DNA of 64,000 nt from Pirellulales bacterium (lineage in GTDB: Bacteria > Planctomycetota > Planctomycetia > Pirellulales > PALSA-1355). The notes beneath the pieces were generated by a model. The model saw nothing but the letters and a program-made list of their open reading frames with translations, searched no databases and had not been told where the DNA came from. The stretch is taken from the NCBI GenBank assembly GCA_963733035.1, contig CAVTBU010000005.1, positions 896,001 through 960,000 on the forward strand. Direction: 5' to 3'. Position numbers and translations under genes: made by a program. Positions 48,350-58,943 of the stretch are shown here, one piece after another. How positions within the stretch are numbered: position 1 is the stretch's first letter; every line of letters begins with the position of its first letter.

Positions 48350-49330
48350 TTACTCGATACTGGCAAGTATTCGGGCTGCCGTCCTTTCGGGGGGGTCACC
48401 GGCCGAAACCGCACGAACTTCGCTGAGACTTCGAAACCACGTGAGCTGGCGCTTTGCGAATTGTCGGGTTCGTCGTTTTGTCAGATCGATTGTCGCATCC
48501 AAATCTCTCTGACCTTCAAGATGCTCGATGACTTCTCGATATCCTACTGCCTGCCTGGCAGTTCTCCCCGGGGGCGTCGGGCTCGCCAACAATTGGCGCA
48601 CTTCCTCAATCAGTCCCGCGGCGAACATGACGTCGACTCGGGCATCGATCCGGTCGACTAACTGCTGCCGCGGCCAGGCCAGCATGAACACTCGGCACGC
48701 CTCTGCAAGCCGTGCCCGATCGAACTGTCGCTGCAAGTCGGTAATGCTCTGGCCCGTCTGTTCGTAAACCTCCAGTGCCCGGATTACGCGCCGTCGGTCG
48801 TTGGCATGGAGCCGCTTTGCTGTTACCGGATCGACGGCAGCCAGGCGGCGATGCAGCGTCAGGTCTCCTTCTCGGTCGGCCAGCTCGTGCATTCTGTGAC
48901 GGAATGACCAATCGGCGGCCGGGCCGGCAAAGATGCCGCGCAAGAGAGCCTTCAAATATAGGGGAGTGCCACCCACGAATAGCGGTTTGCGTTGCCGGCT
49001 GCAAATGTCCCGAACTACATCTTCGGTGGCGGCCACATATTGAGCGACGCTGTACTCCTCATGCGGATCGATTACGTCGATTAAATGATGTCGCACGGCC
49101 GCCCGCTGAACAGCAGACGCCTTGGCGGTGCCGATGTCCATGCCCCGATAAAGCGCCATCGAGTCGAGCGACACAATTTCGGCATCGAGTTGCCTCGCGA
49201 GCTCCATTGCCACGTCGGTCTTGCCGCTCGCCGTAGGACCGGTCAGAAACCAGCAATCGGCCGGCTTGAGGTAAACCTGGGTACTCGTCACTGCAAATTC
49301 GCTTGTGAAACGCTCGGACGTCCTTGCCAC
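48350..49330 (-). CDS. miaA: tRNA dimethylallyltransferase
   Basis: GPTASGKT, DSMALYRGMDIGTAK, VGGTPLY, TRQFAKRQLTWF. Confidence 0.96.
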   Translation of the reverse strand: MARTSERFTSEFAVTSTQVYLKPADCWFLTGPTASGKTDVAMELARQLDAEIVSLDSMALYRGMDIGTAKASAVQRAAVRHHLIDVIDPHEEYSVAQYVAATEDVVRDICSRQRKPLFVGGTPLYLKALLRGIFAGPAADWSFRHRMHELADREGDLTLHRRLAAVDPVTAKRLHANDRRRVIRALEVYEQTGQSITDLQRQFDRARLAEACRVFMLAWPRQQLVDRIDARVDVMFAAGLIEEVRQLLASPTPPGRTARQAVGYREVIEHLEGQRDLDATIDLTKRRTRQFAKRQLTWFRSLSEVRAVSAGDPPERTAARILASIE

Positions 49331-49400
49331 TTTCGGACGATCGTCCTAGGATTGCCGGAATCGTAGCTCCCGGCGGGTTCGAGGGTAAGGCATAAGGCCC

Positions 49401-49775
49401 ATGAGCGACCCCAATTCCATTTTTGCCCGATTAATGGCCGTGATCGAGGATCGGAAGACAAATCCTCCAGAAAAGTCGTATACGACAAGTCTTTTCGATG
49501 GCGGAATGGCCAAAATTGGTGCCAAGATTGAGGAAGAAGCAGCCGAGGTCATTGAAGCAGCCTGCGAACCTGGCGATACGGGTCGCGATCATACGGTTAA
49601 AGAAGCCGCCGACTTGCTCTACCACCTGTTCGTGCTGTTGGCCAATCGAGATATCCCGCTATCACGGGTCGAGGATGAGTTGGCCCGAAGATTCGGAATC
49701 TCGGGGCTCGACGAAAAAGCATCTCGCCCCCAAACTCCAACCGAGTCGAAGCCTGCGAGCGACTTTCCCACATGA
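49401..49775 (+). CDS. hisE: Phosphoribosyl-ATP pyrophosphatase
   Basis: SYTTSL, KIEEEAAEV, EAADLLYH. Confidence 0.95.
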   Translation: MSDPNSIFARLMAVIEDRKTNPPEKSYTTSLFDGGMAKIGAKIEEEAAEVIEAACEPGDTGRDHTVKEAADLLYHLFVLLANRDIPLSRVEDELARRFGISGLDEKASRPQTPTESKPASDFPT

Positions 49776-50623
49776 GCAACTTGCGTATCGGCGTTCCTAG
49801 CAAAGGGCGACTGGCTGAGGTGGCAGCCGAATTGCTCAAGGAGGCCGGCCTGAGCTTTCGCCGCCAAGAGCGAAGCCTGTTTGCCCGCTGTCGCGAAGTG
49901 CCGGTGGAAATCACCTTCCTGCGGACCGAGGACATCCCGATCCTTTGCGCCGAGGGCGCCATCGACATGGGTATCAGCGGCGGCGACCTAGTGGCCGAGA
50001 GTGGCGCGGAACTCATCTCTCGGCTTGATCTGGGCGTTGGCGAGTGCCGGCTGGCAATCTGCATTCCCGTGGAGAGCACGATCGGCGGCCCGCGCGAATT
50101 GAACGGCACTCGCATTGCCACTAGTTTCCCACGCGTTACTGATTCATTTCTCGCGCAGCATCAGGCCAAGGCACATCTGGTCAACCTTTCCGGTTCGGTT
50201 GAAATCATGATCGCCTTGGGTGTCGCCGACGCAATTGTCGACCTTGTAGAAACCGGCAGCACGCTGGCGGCAAACCGATTGAAGATCCTGACCGAGGTCG
50301 GCCGCTACCAGACGGTGCTGGTGCAGAACCCGGCCCGCCGCAACTCCGAGATGGCCGATCGGGTTGTGCGTCGTCTGGAAGGAGTGGTCATCGCACGAAG
50401 CTATTCCCTCCTGGAATACAACGTTCCGCGGTCAAAATTGGCCGCGGCCGAACAGATCACGCCAGGTTTCAATTCCCCGACGATTAGCGGGCTGGAAGAC
50501 GCCAATTGGTGTGCGGTACGCGTGATGGTTCGGCGGACCGAGGTAATTGAAATCATGGAGCAGTTGGAGGCTTTAGGGGCTTCGGCAATCCTGGAAACCC
50601 GAATCACGAATTGTCGGCTCTGA
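49772..50623 (+). CDS. hisG: ATP phosphoribosyltransferase (long form)
   Basis: PSKGRL, IATSFP, GSVE, DAIVDLVETGSTL, C-terminal SPTIS regulatory domain. Confidence 0.96.
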   Translation: MSNLRIGVPSKGRLAEVAAELLKEAGLSFRRQERSLFARCREVPVEITFLRTEDIPILCAEGAIDMGISGGDLVAESGAELISRLDLGVGECRLAICIPVESTIGGPRELNGTRIATSFPRVTDSFLAQHQAKAHLVNLSGSVEIMIALGVADAIVDLVETGSTLAANRLKILTEVGRYQTVLVQNPARRNSEMADRVVRRLEGVVIARSYSLLEYNVPRSKLAAAEQITPGFNSPTISGLEDANWCAVRVMVRRTEVIEIMEQLEALGASAILETRITNCRL

Positions 50624-50753
50624 TTCTCACAGGCGGAGTGCGGCCCCATCCGCAAGCGGACATGGCGGACAAGTTACGGGGCGCCACTAGAACAGCCGAA
50701 AGGCGTTTGCTAATCTGGGAGCTTCTCTAGCCCCAGCATCATAAGGCCCTGTT

Positions 50754-51254
50754 GTGTCCACCCTTACCATGAATCAGCCGATCGCTGGCGTAACCCCCCC
50801 GGGTACGCGCGAAGTAGAAGTGATGACCGTTTGGCCGACGCTGGGTGCATACGCGCCGGGACGCATCATAGGCCGGCTTTGCAGCATTCGGGTCGGGGCA
50901 GGATTCTTCACGCTCGGCAAATTGCTTGCCCTATTGCTGATTCCGTTCGCGATCGGACTCTACGTGTTCACACTCTTGCCAGGCGTCATGCGACGCTACA
51001 AGCTCACCAACCGTCGCATCGTCGTGCAGGTGGGCTTGCGGAGTATCGATGAGCGGTGGGTCGACTTTGATCGTTTCGACTCGATCGACGTCGAGGTGCT
51101 TCCTGGCCAGGAATGGTACCCAGCCGGCGATCTCGTGTTTCGCAACGGGGCAGTGGAGACGTTTCGCTTGGCCGGCGTGTCCCGACCGGAAACGTTTCGC
51201 CATACGTGCCTGGCGGCAAGGCGGGGGTATCTTGGCGCCGGCGCGAGCCGGTAA
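50754..51254 (+). CDS. Bacterial PH-domain (bPH_2-like) membrane protein
   Basis: TM segment followed by RYKLTNRRIVVQ and GDLVF. Confidence 0.65.
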   Translation: MSTLTMNQPIAGVTPPGTREVEVMTVWPTLGAYAPGRIIGRLCSIRVGAGFFTLGKLLALLLIPFAIGLYVFTLLPGVMRRYKLTNRRIVVQVGLRSIDERWVDFDRFDSIDVEVLPGQEWYPAGDLVFRNGAVETFRLAGVSRPETFRHTCLAARRGYLGAGASR

Positions 51255-51270
51255 GGCCAACGTCGACGTC

Positions 51271-51873
51271 TTACGCCCCCCGCATCATTTCAACGAGGAT
51301 CATCCGCAAGGCATCTGCCGACGTGTTGGCCGGTAGCGCGGCCATGTGTTGAGCCTGGGCCGCCGTCTGACTCACGTCGAGCGGTAGATGTACGAACGCG
51401 GCTCTGGTCTGCAACGCCATCCGCTCGGCCAAATAGCAGGAAAAATAGAGCGTCGCGTTACACAGGTAAGTGCCCGCATGATACGAGACTTCGGCTGGAA
51501 TCTTGGCGTCGCGGAGCATCGCCGCCCACGAGCCCAGGGGCAAGGGGCTCCGATATGCCACGGGTCCCCCGTCGACTAAGGAGCGAAATTGGTCCGGCGA
51601 TTGCATTGAAGAACCGCCGACATTGATTGCAAAGGACTCCAGTTGAATCCGTGTCGAGCCGGGGGCTTGGCCCAAATGCAGGGCACAGTCATAGTTGTTC
51701 GCCAGGTCCGCGGCCAGACGTTGCTTTACCGCGGCGAAATCGACCGGATAGAGCCGCGTCGTAATCGCCGGCTCGCTCGGTAAGTTTTGTGTCAATTGCA
51801 CGAGCGTCAGCCAACTCGAATTGGCGGTCCAGTGATCATACGGCTCGAAGGCGGTAATCAAAACTCTTGTCAT
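51271..51873 (-). CDS. pcp: Pyroglutamyl-peptidase I
   Basis: VLITAFEPY, HLGQA, IQLE, AGTYLCN, FVHLP (Glu-Cys-His triad). Confidence 0.93.
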   Translation of the reverse strand: MTRVLITAFEPYDHWTANSSWLTLVQLTQNLPSEPAITTRLYPVDFAAVKQRLAADLANNYDCALHLGQAPGSTRIQLESFAINVGGSSMQSPDQFRSLVDGGPVAYRSPLPLGSWAAMLRDAKIPAEVSYHAGTYLCNATLYFSCYLAERMALQTRAAFVHLPLDVSQTAAQAQHMAALPANTSADALRMILVEMMRGA

Positions 51874-52069
51874 ACCCGCTCGTGCGACCTGTCAACGTCT
51901 GTCCGCATAAATTGAACTCCTCGACGTCGACAATCGTAGCGTGTTTCGAATGGTATGCACAACCGGCCTGCGATGGACGCGCGCCACGGATCTCCGTTTA
52001 CAGCCGCTTGCCCGTGGGGATAATCAAAGGCACTTTCCAACCGCTGAAACTTCCACGGATAGCAATCTC

Positions 52070-53272
52070 ATGAGCACTGCGCCCACGCATCCCTTGCCGC
52101 CCCGTTTGGTCTCGCTCGACGCCTATCGCGGGCTGACGATGTTGGCCATGGCCTCGGGCGGCCTGGGGCTCCATCGCGTGGCGGAAAACATGCGGAAGAG
52201 CGGCCACGATTCGCCGTTCTGGGAAGTCATCGGCTATCAGTTTGAGCATGTCGATTGGGTCGGCTGCGCTGCATGGGATTTGATCCAACCCTCGTTTATG
52301 TTCATGGTCGGTGTTGCCATGGCCTATTCGTGTGCCAGCCGCCAGGCGCGCGGTCAGAGTTGGGGACAAATGTTTCGCCACGCGGCAGTCCGCTCCGTCG
52401 TCTTGGTGGCGCTGGGGATCTTCTTGCGATCGGACGGACGCGATCAGACCTATTTCACGTTCGAAGATGTGCTGACGCAAATCGGTCTGGGCTACACATT
52501 CCTATTCCTACTTTGGAACCGGCCTACCTGGGTACAGTTGGTAGCTGCATTCGGGATCCTGGCTGGATACTGGGCGCTGTTTTATCTATATCCCCTGCCG
52601 CCGGCCGACTTCGACTACTCTGCGGTCGGTGTGGGCCCCGACTGGCCGCATCTGGAAGGAGTGGGCGCCCATTGGGACAAGAACACCAATGCCGCTCACT
52701 ACTTTGATACCTGGTTTCTCAACCTCTTCCCTCGGAAAGAATTGTTCGCCTACAACGGCGGCGGTTATCTCACGCTCAGTTTCGTGCCCTCGCTCGCCAC
52801 GATGATCTTTGGGCTCATCTCGGGTGAACTACTGCGGGGCGGCTGGAGCCAGAGCCGCAAGTTCCTGATCCTGGTACTCGCCGGTATCGTGGGGCTGGCT
52901 GCCGGTTGGGGCTGGCAGCAGAGTGGTTGGTGCCCGATTGTGAAGCGCATTTGGACACCTAGCTGGACGCTTTTCAGTACGGGCTGGACTTGTTTGATTC
53001 TGGCTGCTTTCTTCGGGGTGGTCGATATTCTCGGTTTCCGGAAGTGGACATTTCCGTTGGTGGTCGTCGGAATGAACTCGATTACCACGTACGTGCTGGC
53101 CGAGCTATCCAAAGGTTGGTTCTATGAAACGATCAAGACCCACTTCGGCGAAGGAATCTTCGGACTACTGGGACCGGACTACGAGCCTTTTTTGGCACAA
53201 GTTTTCATCCTTTTGGCGATCTGGCTGTTCTTATACTGGCTGTACCGTCAGCGTGTGTTCATTCGCATTTGA
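52070..53272 (+). CDS. DUF5009 / heparan-alpha-glucosaminide N-acetyltransferase-like membrane protein
   Basis: RLVSLDAYRG, HVDWVG..WDLIQPSFMFMVG, PIVKRIWTPS, GMNSI. Confidence 0.85.
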   Translation: MSTAPTHPLPPRLVSLDAYRGLTMLAMASGGLGLHRVAENMRKSGHDSPFWEVIGYQFEHVDWVGCAAWDLIQPSFMFMVGVAMAYSCASRQARGQSWGQMFRHAAVRSVVLVALGIFLRSDGRDQTYFTFEDVLTQIGLGYTFLFLLWNRPTWVQLVAAFGILAGYWALFYLYPLPPADFDYSAVGVGPDWPHLEGVGAHWDKNTNAAHYFDTWFLNLFPRKELFAYNGGGYLTLSFVPSLATMIFGLISGELLRGGWSQSRKFLILVLAGIVGLAAGWGWQQSGWCPIVKRIWTPSWTLFSTGWTCLILAAFFGVVDILGFRKWTFPLVVVGMNSITTYVLAELSKGWFYETIKTHFGEGIFGLLGPDYEPFLAQVFILLAIWLFLYWLYRQRVFIRI

Positions 53273-53375
53273 TGCGTCGGGCGCGCACTAGTCCCGAAGC
53301 TTGGGCGCGGTACGATTAAGGGCTGTCTGGTCACAAGACGCAAATATCAAGTCTCCCCAGTCTGTTGGGTCGGTG

Positions 53376-54647
53376 ATGTCTCTTCCAGAACAACCGCGCC
53401 TGCGCCGAGTCGAAAGTTTTCCGGTTAGCCAATCGCATGGCGAAGTGGTATTTGCGCTGCGCGACCCGGACGGATTTGCAGGCTCGGTCGTTTTGCCCTA
53501 CACGGCGGCCGCGCTCGTTTCGCTGATGGACGGCACGCGGACGATCTCGGAAATCCAGAAAGCGTTTCGTGAGCAGTTTCGCCAAAGTGTGGACGTGACT
53601 GACATCGAACAGTTGGCTCGCGACCTTGACGATCGACTGCTGCTAGACACTCCCCGTTTTCGTGCCAGGTGGAAACACGAAATCGAAATCTACTTGAATA
53701 GTCAAACTCGACCGGCAGCGCACGCTGGTAAGGCCTACCCGGCCGAATCCCAGGCACTGCAAGCAGAGCTGAATGCAATCTTCTCTAGCGACAAGGGCCC
53801 CGGCTTGCCTGCCAATTCGAGGTCGCCTGGCGAGAGTTCACCGGAACTTGTCGGTATCCTTAGTCCCCATATCGACTTGCACCGCGGGGGAACAACCTAC
53901 GCCTGGGCATACAAACGCGTGATCGAGGAAACGAACGCCGACCTGTTCGTGATTCTGGGCACGGCCCACAACCCGATGCGGAATCTTTTCTCGGTCACGC
54001 GCAAGCACTTCGAAACACCGCTTGGCACGGTGGAGACCGACCGACAGATCGCCGCCAGGCTCTCGGCGAATCTTGCGGCAACTCCCGGGGGCGCAAACTT
54101 GAATCTGGCGGCCGACGAGCTGGCACATCGCCACGAACACTCCATTGAGTTTCAGGTCGTGTTCCTTCAGTACTTGTTGGGCGACAAACGCCCGTTCAAA
54201 ATCCTGCCTGTGCTTGTCGGTTCGTTGCACGAGTACGTCTCGGGCGGTTCGTCCCCCTCCAGGTCGCCAGAAATGCAGGCGTTCGCGGCGGCACTACGAA
54301 AGACCGTGGCCAGCCACCCGGGACGGGTTTTTTACATCAGCAGCGGCGACCTGGCGCATATCGGGCAGCGGTTTGGCGATCGGGAATTCCTCGACGCCGA
54401 CCGCCTGAAAGCCCAAGCCGATAGCGACCGCGATCTTTTGTCGACCGCTTGCCAAGCGGATGCCGAAGAGTTCTTCCAGCACGTTGCCCGACAACGGGAC
54501 GCCAGTCGCGTGTGCGGCTTGGCTCCGACCTATACCTTGCTCGAAGTGGCCCAACCTGGCCACGGCGAGGTACTGAAATACGATCAGGCGGTGGAGCTTG
54601 ACGGTACCGCCTGTGTCAGCTTCGGAAGCGTGGCCTTCTATCGTTGA
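53376..54647 (+). CDS. AmmeMemoRadiSam system protein B (Memo-like) with N-terminal PqqD-like domain
   Basis: RPAAHAGKAYP, SPHID, GTAH, FETPLG, HRHEHSIEFQ, SGDLAHIG, VCG. Confidence 0.88.
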   Translation: MSLPEQPRLRRVESFPVSQSHGEVVFALRDPDGFAGSVVLPYTAAALVSLMDGTRTISEIQKAFREQFRQSVDVTDIEQLARDLDDRLLLDTPRFRARWKHEIEIYLNSQTRPAAHAGKAYPAESQALQAELNAIFSSDKGPGLPANSRSPGESSPELVGILSPHIDLHRGGTTYAWAYKRVIEETNADLFVILGTAHNPMRNLFSVTRKHFETPLGTVETDRQIAARLSANLAATPGGANLNLAADELAHRHEHSIEFQVVFLQYLLGDKRPFKILPVLVGSLHEYVSGGSSPSRSPEMQAFAAALRKTVASHPGRVFYISSGDLAHIGQRFGDREFLDADRLKAQADSDRDLLSTACQADAEEFFQHVARQRDASRVCGLAPTYTLLEVAQPGHGEVLKYDQAVELDGTACVSFGSVAFYR

Positions 54648-54762
54648 TAGCGAAGCGGTAAGGTCGTGCAAAATCGGGCGTGCCGGGTGAGAGCTTTTCC
54701 TCGTGCTGGCTTTACTCTAGAATTCGGGCTTTGGCGGCCGCACGACGAATGAGCGGATTTCC

Positions 54763-56031
54763 GTGAGCACGCACAAAATTCATATCATCGGCATCGGCGA
54801 CGACGGTCTATCGGGCGTCACCTCGACGGCCAAACGGTTGATCGACGAAGCTCAAGTGTTGGTCGGCGCGGAAGCGACGCTTGCCCAGATACCCGCTTCC
54901 AAGGCCCCGCGCATAGTCGTTGGCGGCAACCTCGACGAGGCCGTTGATCGGATTTCCGCGACGGGCAATAGGCGTGTTGTCGTACTGGCCTCGGGCGATC
55001 CGCTTTTTTACGGCGTGGCCCGCTATCTTTGCGACAAATTGGGGAAGGACAACTTTGAGGTCCTGCCGCACGTCAGCAGTATGCAACTCGCCTTTGCCCG
55101 CGTGAAAGAAAGCTGGGAAGAGGCTTATCTGACTGATCTAACCAACCGACCGCTGGAACAGGTGCTGGAAAAAATTCGCTCGGCGACCAAAGTCGGGCTC
55201 TTTACGAGCGATGCCACGCCGCCCAAGGCCGTGGCCAAGGCAATGCTTGAGCGGCGGATTGACTATTTTTCGGCCTACGTGTGCGAGAATCTCGGGTCGC
55301 CAGATGAACGTGTCACGCAAGGCGAGCTGGCCGAAATTGCCACGCAAGACTTCAGCCCGCTGAATGTCATGGTTCTGGTGCGGCGTCCCAACGTGCCGGA
55401 TCGCCCCAGCGAAGCGATCGGCCGGCGCCTGTTTGGCAATCCGGATGAAGCCTTCCTCCAATCTACGCCCAAACAGGGGCTGCTCACGCCATCGGAAGTG
55501 CGCTCGATGGCCCTGGCCGAATTGGATTTGGGACCTACAAGCGTGGTGTGGGATATCGGTGCCGGTAGCGGCTCGGTTTCAATCGAAGCGGCGCAAATCG
55601 CGTCCGGGGGAACGGTTTACGCTATTGAAATGGATCCGCAGGACCACGAGTTGATCATCGCCAACGCCGAACGATTCCGCGTAACGAACCTGGTGCCCGT
55701 ACTCGGCCGGGCACCGGATGCCTGGAAGGACTTACCCGATGCAGACGCCATTTTCGTCGGTGGCAGCAGCCGTGAAATCAGCAAGATTGTGGAGACGGCC
55801 TTTAGCAGGCTACGTGCGGGTGGACGGCTGGTGGCGAACGTCGGCAGCATTGAGAGCCTCTCGGCCGTTCATAGCACACTGATTCGACTCACCAAAGACG
55901 TGAATGTCTGGATGATTAATGTCGCTCGCGGTACCTACCAACTCGAACGCGTCCGATTCGAGGCGCTCAATCCGACGTTTCTGCTGGGCGTCGTGAAACC
56001 TGGCGCTCGAGGAGCGCAGTCGACATCGTGA
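54763..56031 (+). CDS. cbiET: Bifunctional precorrin-6Y C5,15-methyltransferase (CbiE-CbiT / CobL)
   Basis: [47 protein letters not shown]. Confidence 0.92.
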   Translation: MSTHKIHIIGIGDDGLSGVTSTAKRLIDEAQVLVGAEATLAQIPASKAPRIVVGGNLDEAVDRISATGNRRVVVLASGDPLFYGVARYLCDKLGKDNFEVLPHVSSMQLAFARVKESWEEAYLTDLTNRPLEQVLEKIRSATKVGLFTSDATPPKAVAKAMLERRIDYFSAYVCENLGSPDERVTQGELAEIATQDFSPLNVMVLVRRPNVPDRPSEAIGRRLFGNPDEAFLQSTPKQGLLTPSEVRSMALAELDLGPTSVVWDIGAGSGSVSIEAAQIASGGTVYAIEMDPQDHELIIANAERFRVTNLVPVLGRAPDAWKDLPDADAIFVGGSSREISKIVETAFSRLRAGGRLVANVGSIESLSAVHSTLIRLTKDVNVWMINVARGTYQLERVRFEALNPTFLLGVVKPGARGAQSTS

Positions 56032-56801
56032 TAAACGTAAATGATTTTCCCCAACTCGACGTCATCGCCGTTGGTGCGCATCCGGACGATGTGGAGATTG
56101 CCTGCGGCGGTACCCTCGCCAAGCTCGTGCAGCAGGGGTACCAGGTCGGCATCATCGACCTGACCGACGGCGAACCGACGCCCGCCTCGCCCGGTCCCGA
56201 AGCGCGGCTTGCGGAAGCCCAACAGGCAGCCGCGACACTGGGTGTGCAAGTCCGGGCGCAACTCGATTTACCCAATCGGCGATTGTTTGATTCGTTTGAA
56301 GCTCGGGTCGCCTTAGCCAAGGAGTTTCGCAAATACCGCCCGCGGCTGGTCATCGGTTTTGGAGAAAAAACGCCGCTCGCATCACCTGACCATTGGCAGG
56401 CCATGCAGATCACGGACGCGGCAATTTTCTATTCTCGGCTCACCAAGTGGGACGAACACTTCGATCATCTGCCCGTTCACACGATCTCGGCCCATCTGTA
56501 CTACACGCTGGGGTTCACCACGCTCACGCTGCCGCTTGCGGCCGGGCACCTCGTAGTCGATATCGGCGATACGCTGGAAACGAAGGTCAAAGCTGTCCGA
56601 TGCTACGCCACGCAGTTTCCCAAGTCGAAAGAACACATCTTCGAGCGAATTCGCGCCAACGCAATGCACGACGGGATTGCCGCTGGTTACGACGCCGGCG
56701 AACTGTTTGCCAGTACCCGTACGCTAGGAACGCGGGACCTCGTGCATTTCTTGTTTGGCCAGACACCCGCCGACGAACCGCGCAGGCCGCCGGTGCGATA
56801 A
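56028..56801 (+). CDS. PIG-L family deacetylase (BshB1-like)
   Basis: AHPDDVE, DLTDGE, PDH, YATQF. Confidence 0.85.
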   Translation: MINVNDFPQLDVIAVGAHPDDVEIACGGTLAKLVQQGYQVGIIDLTDGEPTPASPGPEARLAEAQQAAATLGVQVRAQLDLPNRRLFDSFEARVALAKEFRKYRPRLVIGFGEKTPLASPDHWQAMQITDAAIFYSRLTKWDEHFDHLPVHTISAHLYYTLGFTTLTLPLAAGHLVVDIGDTLETKVKAVRCYATQFPKSKEHIFERIRANAMHDGIAAGYDAGELFASTRTLGTRDLVHFLFGQTPADEPRRPPVR

Positions 56802-56808
56802 GCGGAAC

Positions 56809-57804
56809 TCATCGCTTGGCGGGGCGAAATTTCCGTAGCGCCAACAAGACGGCCTCAATGTCTGCCGGCAACGGGGCGATGAATTCCAGTGGTTGCCCGC
56901 TCTCGGGATGCAGGATCTTCAGCCGCCGCGCGTGAAGTGCCTGCCTGTCAAGCAATACGGTTCCATTTTCGGTGTCATGGCTGAGTTCGCCGCCGGTTAG
57001 CAACGCACGACCGCCGTACAACCTATCGCACAGCACGGGACAACCGATGCTGGCCAAGTGCAGGCGAATCTGATGCGTGCGGCCGGTTTTTGGTAATACG
57101 CGAAACGCCACGAAACCGTCAAATCGCTCGCTTACTTCATAAAAGGTCTGAGCCTCCCGGCTCGTGGGGTGGTCGCGCCGCACGGCCATCTTTTCACGCT
57201 GATAGGGGTGTGCACCGACCGGCAAGTCGACGGTGTCTCGATCGCGATCAATCGTGCCTGCACAAAGAGCGAAATACTCTTTCTCGACTGCGCACATTTC
57301 AAATTGCTCGGCCAGCCGCAAATGCGCCAAATCGGTCTTCGCGACAACAATCACGCCGCTGGTGTCGCGGTCGAGCCGATGAACGATGCCCGGCCGGGTG
57401 GCGCCACCAGCCGTGCTAAGCTCGTCGAAATGAAACTGCAGGGCCGCCGTAAGCGTACCTGCCCAATGTCCCTTGCCGGGGTGCACGACCATCCCAGGCG
57501 GTTTGTTGATGGCGGCCAACTGCGAGTCCTCATAGAGGACATCGAGCGGGATGTTCTCGGGCTGCGGACCCGCGTGAGGCAACTCGGGCAGGACAATCGT
57601 GATCCGCTCGCCCAGTTGCAGCTTGTGAGCCGCTTTCACACGGCGACCGTCGACTCGCACTCCGGCAGCGTTGATCACCTTGCGCAGCAGCATTCGGCTG
57701 TAGTTGGGAAACTGCTGGGCGAGATACCAGTCGAGGCGTGCACCGACATGCTCCTCGGGCACAACAAGTTCGCGTGGTTCACCGGAAAGTTCTTCGCCGC
57801 TCAT
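56809..57804 (-). CDS. RluA-family pseudouridine synthase with S4 domain (RluD-like)
   Basis: RLDWYL, NKPPGMVVHP, HRLDRDTSG, TGRTHQIR, LHA. Confidence 0.93.
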   Translation of the reverse strand: MSGEELSGEPRELVVPEEHVGARLDWYLAQQFPNYSRMLLRKVINAAGVRVDGRRVKAAHKLQLGERITIVLPELPHAGPQPENIPLDVLYEDSQLAAINKPPGMVVHPGKGHWAGTLTAALQFHFDELSTAGGATRPGIVHRLDRDTSGVIVVAKTDLAHLRLAEQFEMCAVEKEYFALCAGTIDRDRDTVDLPVGAHPYQREKMAVRRDHPTSREAQTFYEVSERFDGFVAFRVLPKTGRTHQIRLHLASIGCPVLCDRLYGGRALLTGGELSHDTENGTVLLDRQALHARRLKILHPESGQPLEFIAPLPADIEAVLLALRKFRPAKR

Positions 57805-57831
57805 GGAGTTTCAGGTTGCGGCGTATACTCG

Positions 57832-58755
57832 TTACTCAAGCTCCGGACCGCCGGACTCGGGCTTTGTGTCGTCCGTCGTTGGGGGCGAGGAGGGTTCAAT
57901 CGCCGGTTCACTTTTCGGCGATTCGCTGCTGGTCGAAGGTGGTTCCGGCTCGGGACTGGCCGGCGGTTCCTCGGCGGCTTCTTCTTGGCCGTTCTTACTG
58001 TCGGTGGCCGAAACACCCGGCAGGTTCGGGAACGGCGCTGCGTTGTCGTCCAACGAAGACGGCAACTGAAGAGTGCCCGTGTCTGGCTCCTTCAAGAAAT
58101 CTGGGCGAGCACCGGGGGTGCCTGGCTCTTGTGATAGCGGCTTGGGAGGCTCGTACTTGGCAATCCAGTCATAGAATTGCTTGGTCGGCAATTGATCAAG
58201 GTCACTGGCCCGCGCTTCAGCCGCGGCGGCAAAGGGACTGCCTGGCCACTTCTGGGCAAGCGAGCGATACTCGCTGCGTGCCTTTTCCAGCTCGCCAGAT
58301 GCTTCCAGTGCGCGAGCCAGTCCGTAGGTAGCCCGCTCTTGAATGGTGTTAGGCGCATCTCCTATCAAGATGGCGCTGTATTTCTCTTCAGCGTCGCGCA
58401 GTTGATCGTGGGCCAAGGACCGATCGGTTAAGAGCCGGTTTGTGCCATTATCGAGGTCCCAGTCGGCAATCGTCAATCGAGCCCAATCGGCGACAAGCGT
58501 GCCACCGTATTGTTCCGCGATATCCTGCAGGCGCTGATCATCGCGCATGCCTACGGCCATGAAGTAGTCGTTCCAGCCGTCAGCCACATGGCGGCGATTC
58601 TGTGTCGCGATGTACCCCCAAACGATGATGGCCACGATCAGCGCAATCACGCCTGCGAGCAGCGCTCGGCCATATGGCTTGGCGGCTTCGGTCCAGTGGG
58701 CCAACGCGTTTGCCAGCTCGTTGGTTTGCAGTTCGTGACGTCGCTCCGTCTTCAT
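57832..58755 (-). CDS. Membrane-anchored TPR-like protein (YfgM-like) with acidic Pro-rich tail
   Basis: MKTERRHELQTNELA, one TM helix, helical repeats, low-complexity C-terminus. Confidence 0.7.
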   Translation of the reverse strand: MKTERRHELQTNELANALAHWTEAAKPYGRALLAGVIALIVAIIVWGYIATQNRRHVADGWNDYFMAVGMRDDQRLQDIAEQYGGTLVADWARLTIADWDLDNGTNRLLTDRSLAHDQLRDAEEKYSAILIGDAPNTIQERATYGLARALEASGELEKARSEYRSLAQKWPGSPFAAAAEARASDLDQLPTKQFYDWIAKYEPPKPLSQEPGTPGARPDFLKEPDTGTLQLPSSLDDNAAPFPNLPGVSATDSKNGQEEAAEEPPASPEPEPPSTSSESPKSEPAIEPSSPPTTDDTKPESGGPELE

Positions 58756-58943
58756 ACGGTTGCCTTGCAGGGGGCGAATGAATCGGCCACCGACGCATTC
58801 CAAATTGCGCCGCGTAGTCGAAAGGTTGGCGAACCCGAAGTATAGGGCCGCCCGGCAAATTGGGTCAAGGCCGCACCAGCCTCCAGGGTAGTTGGGGGCC
58901 GGTCAAGGCCTTGTGACCCTTGCGAACTGCTTTTCGTTCGGAC

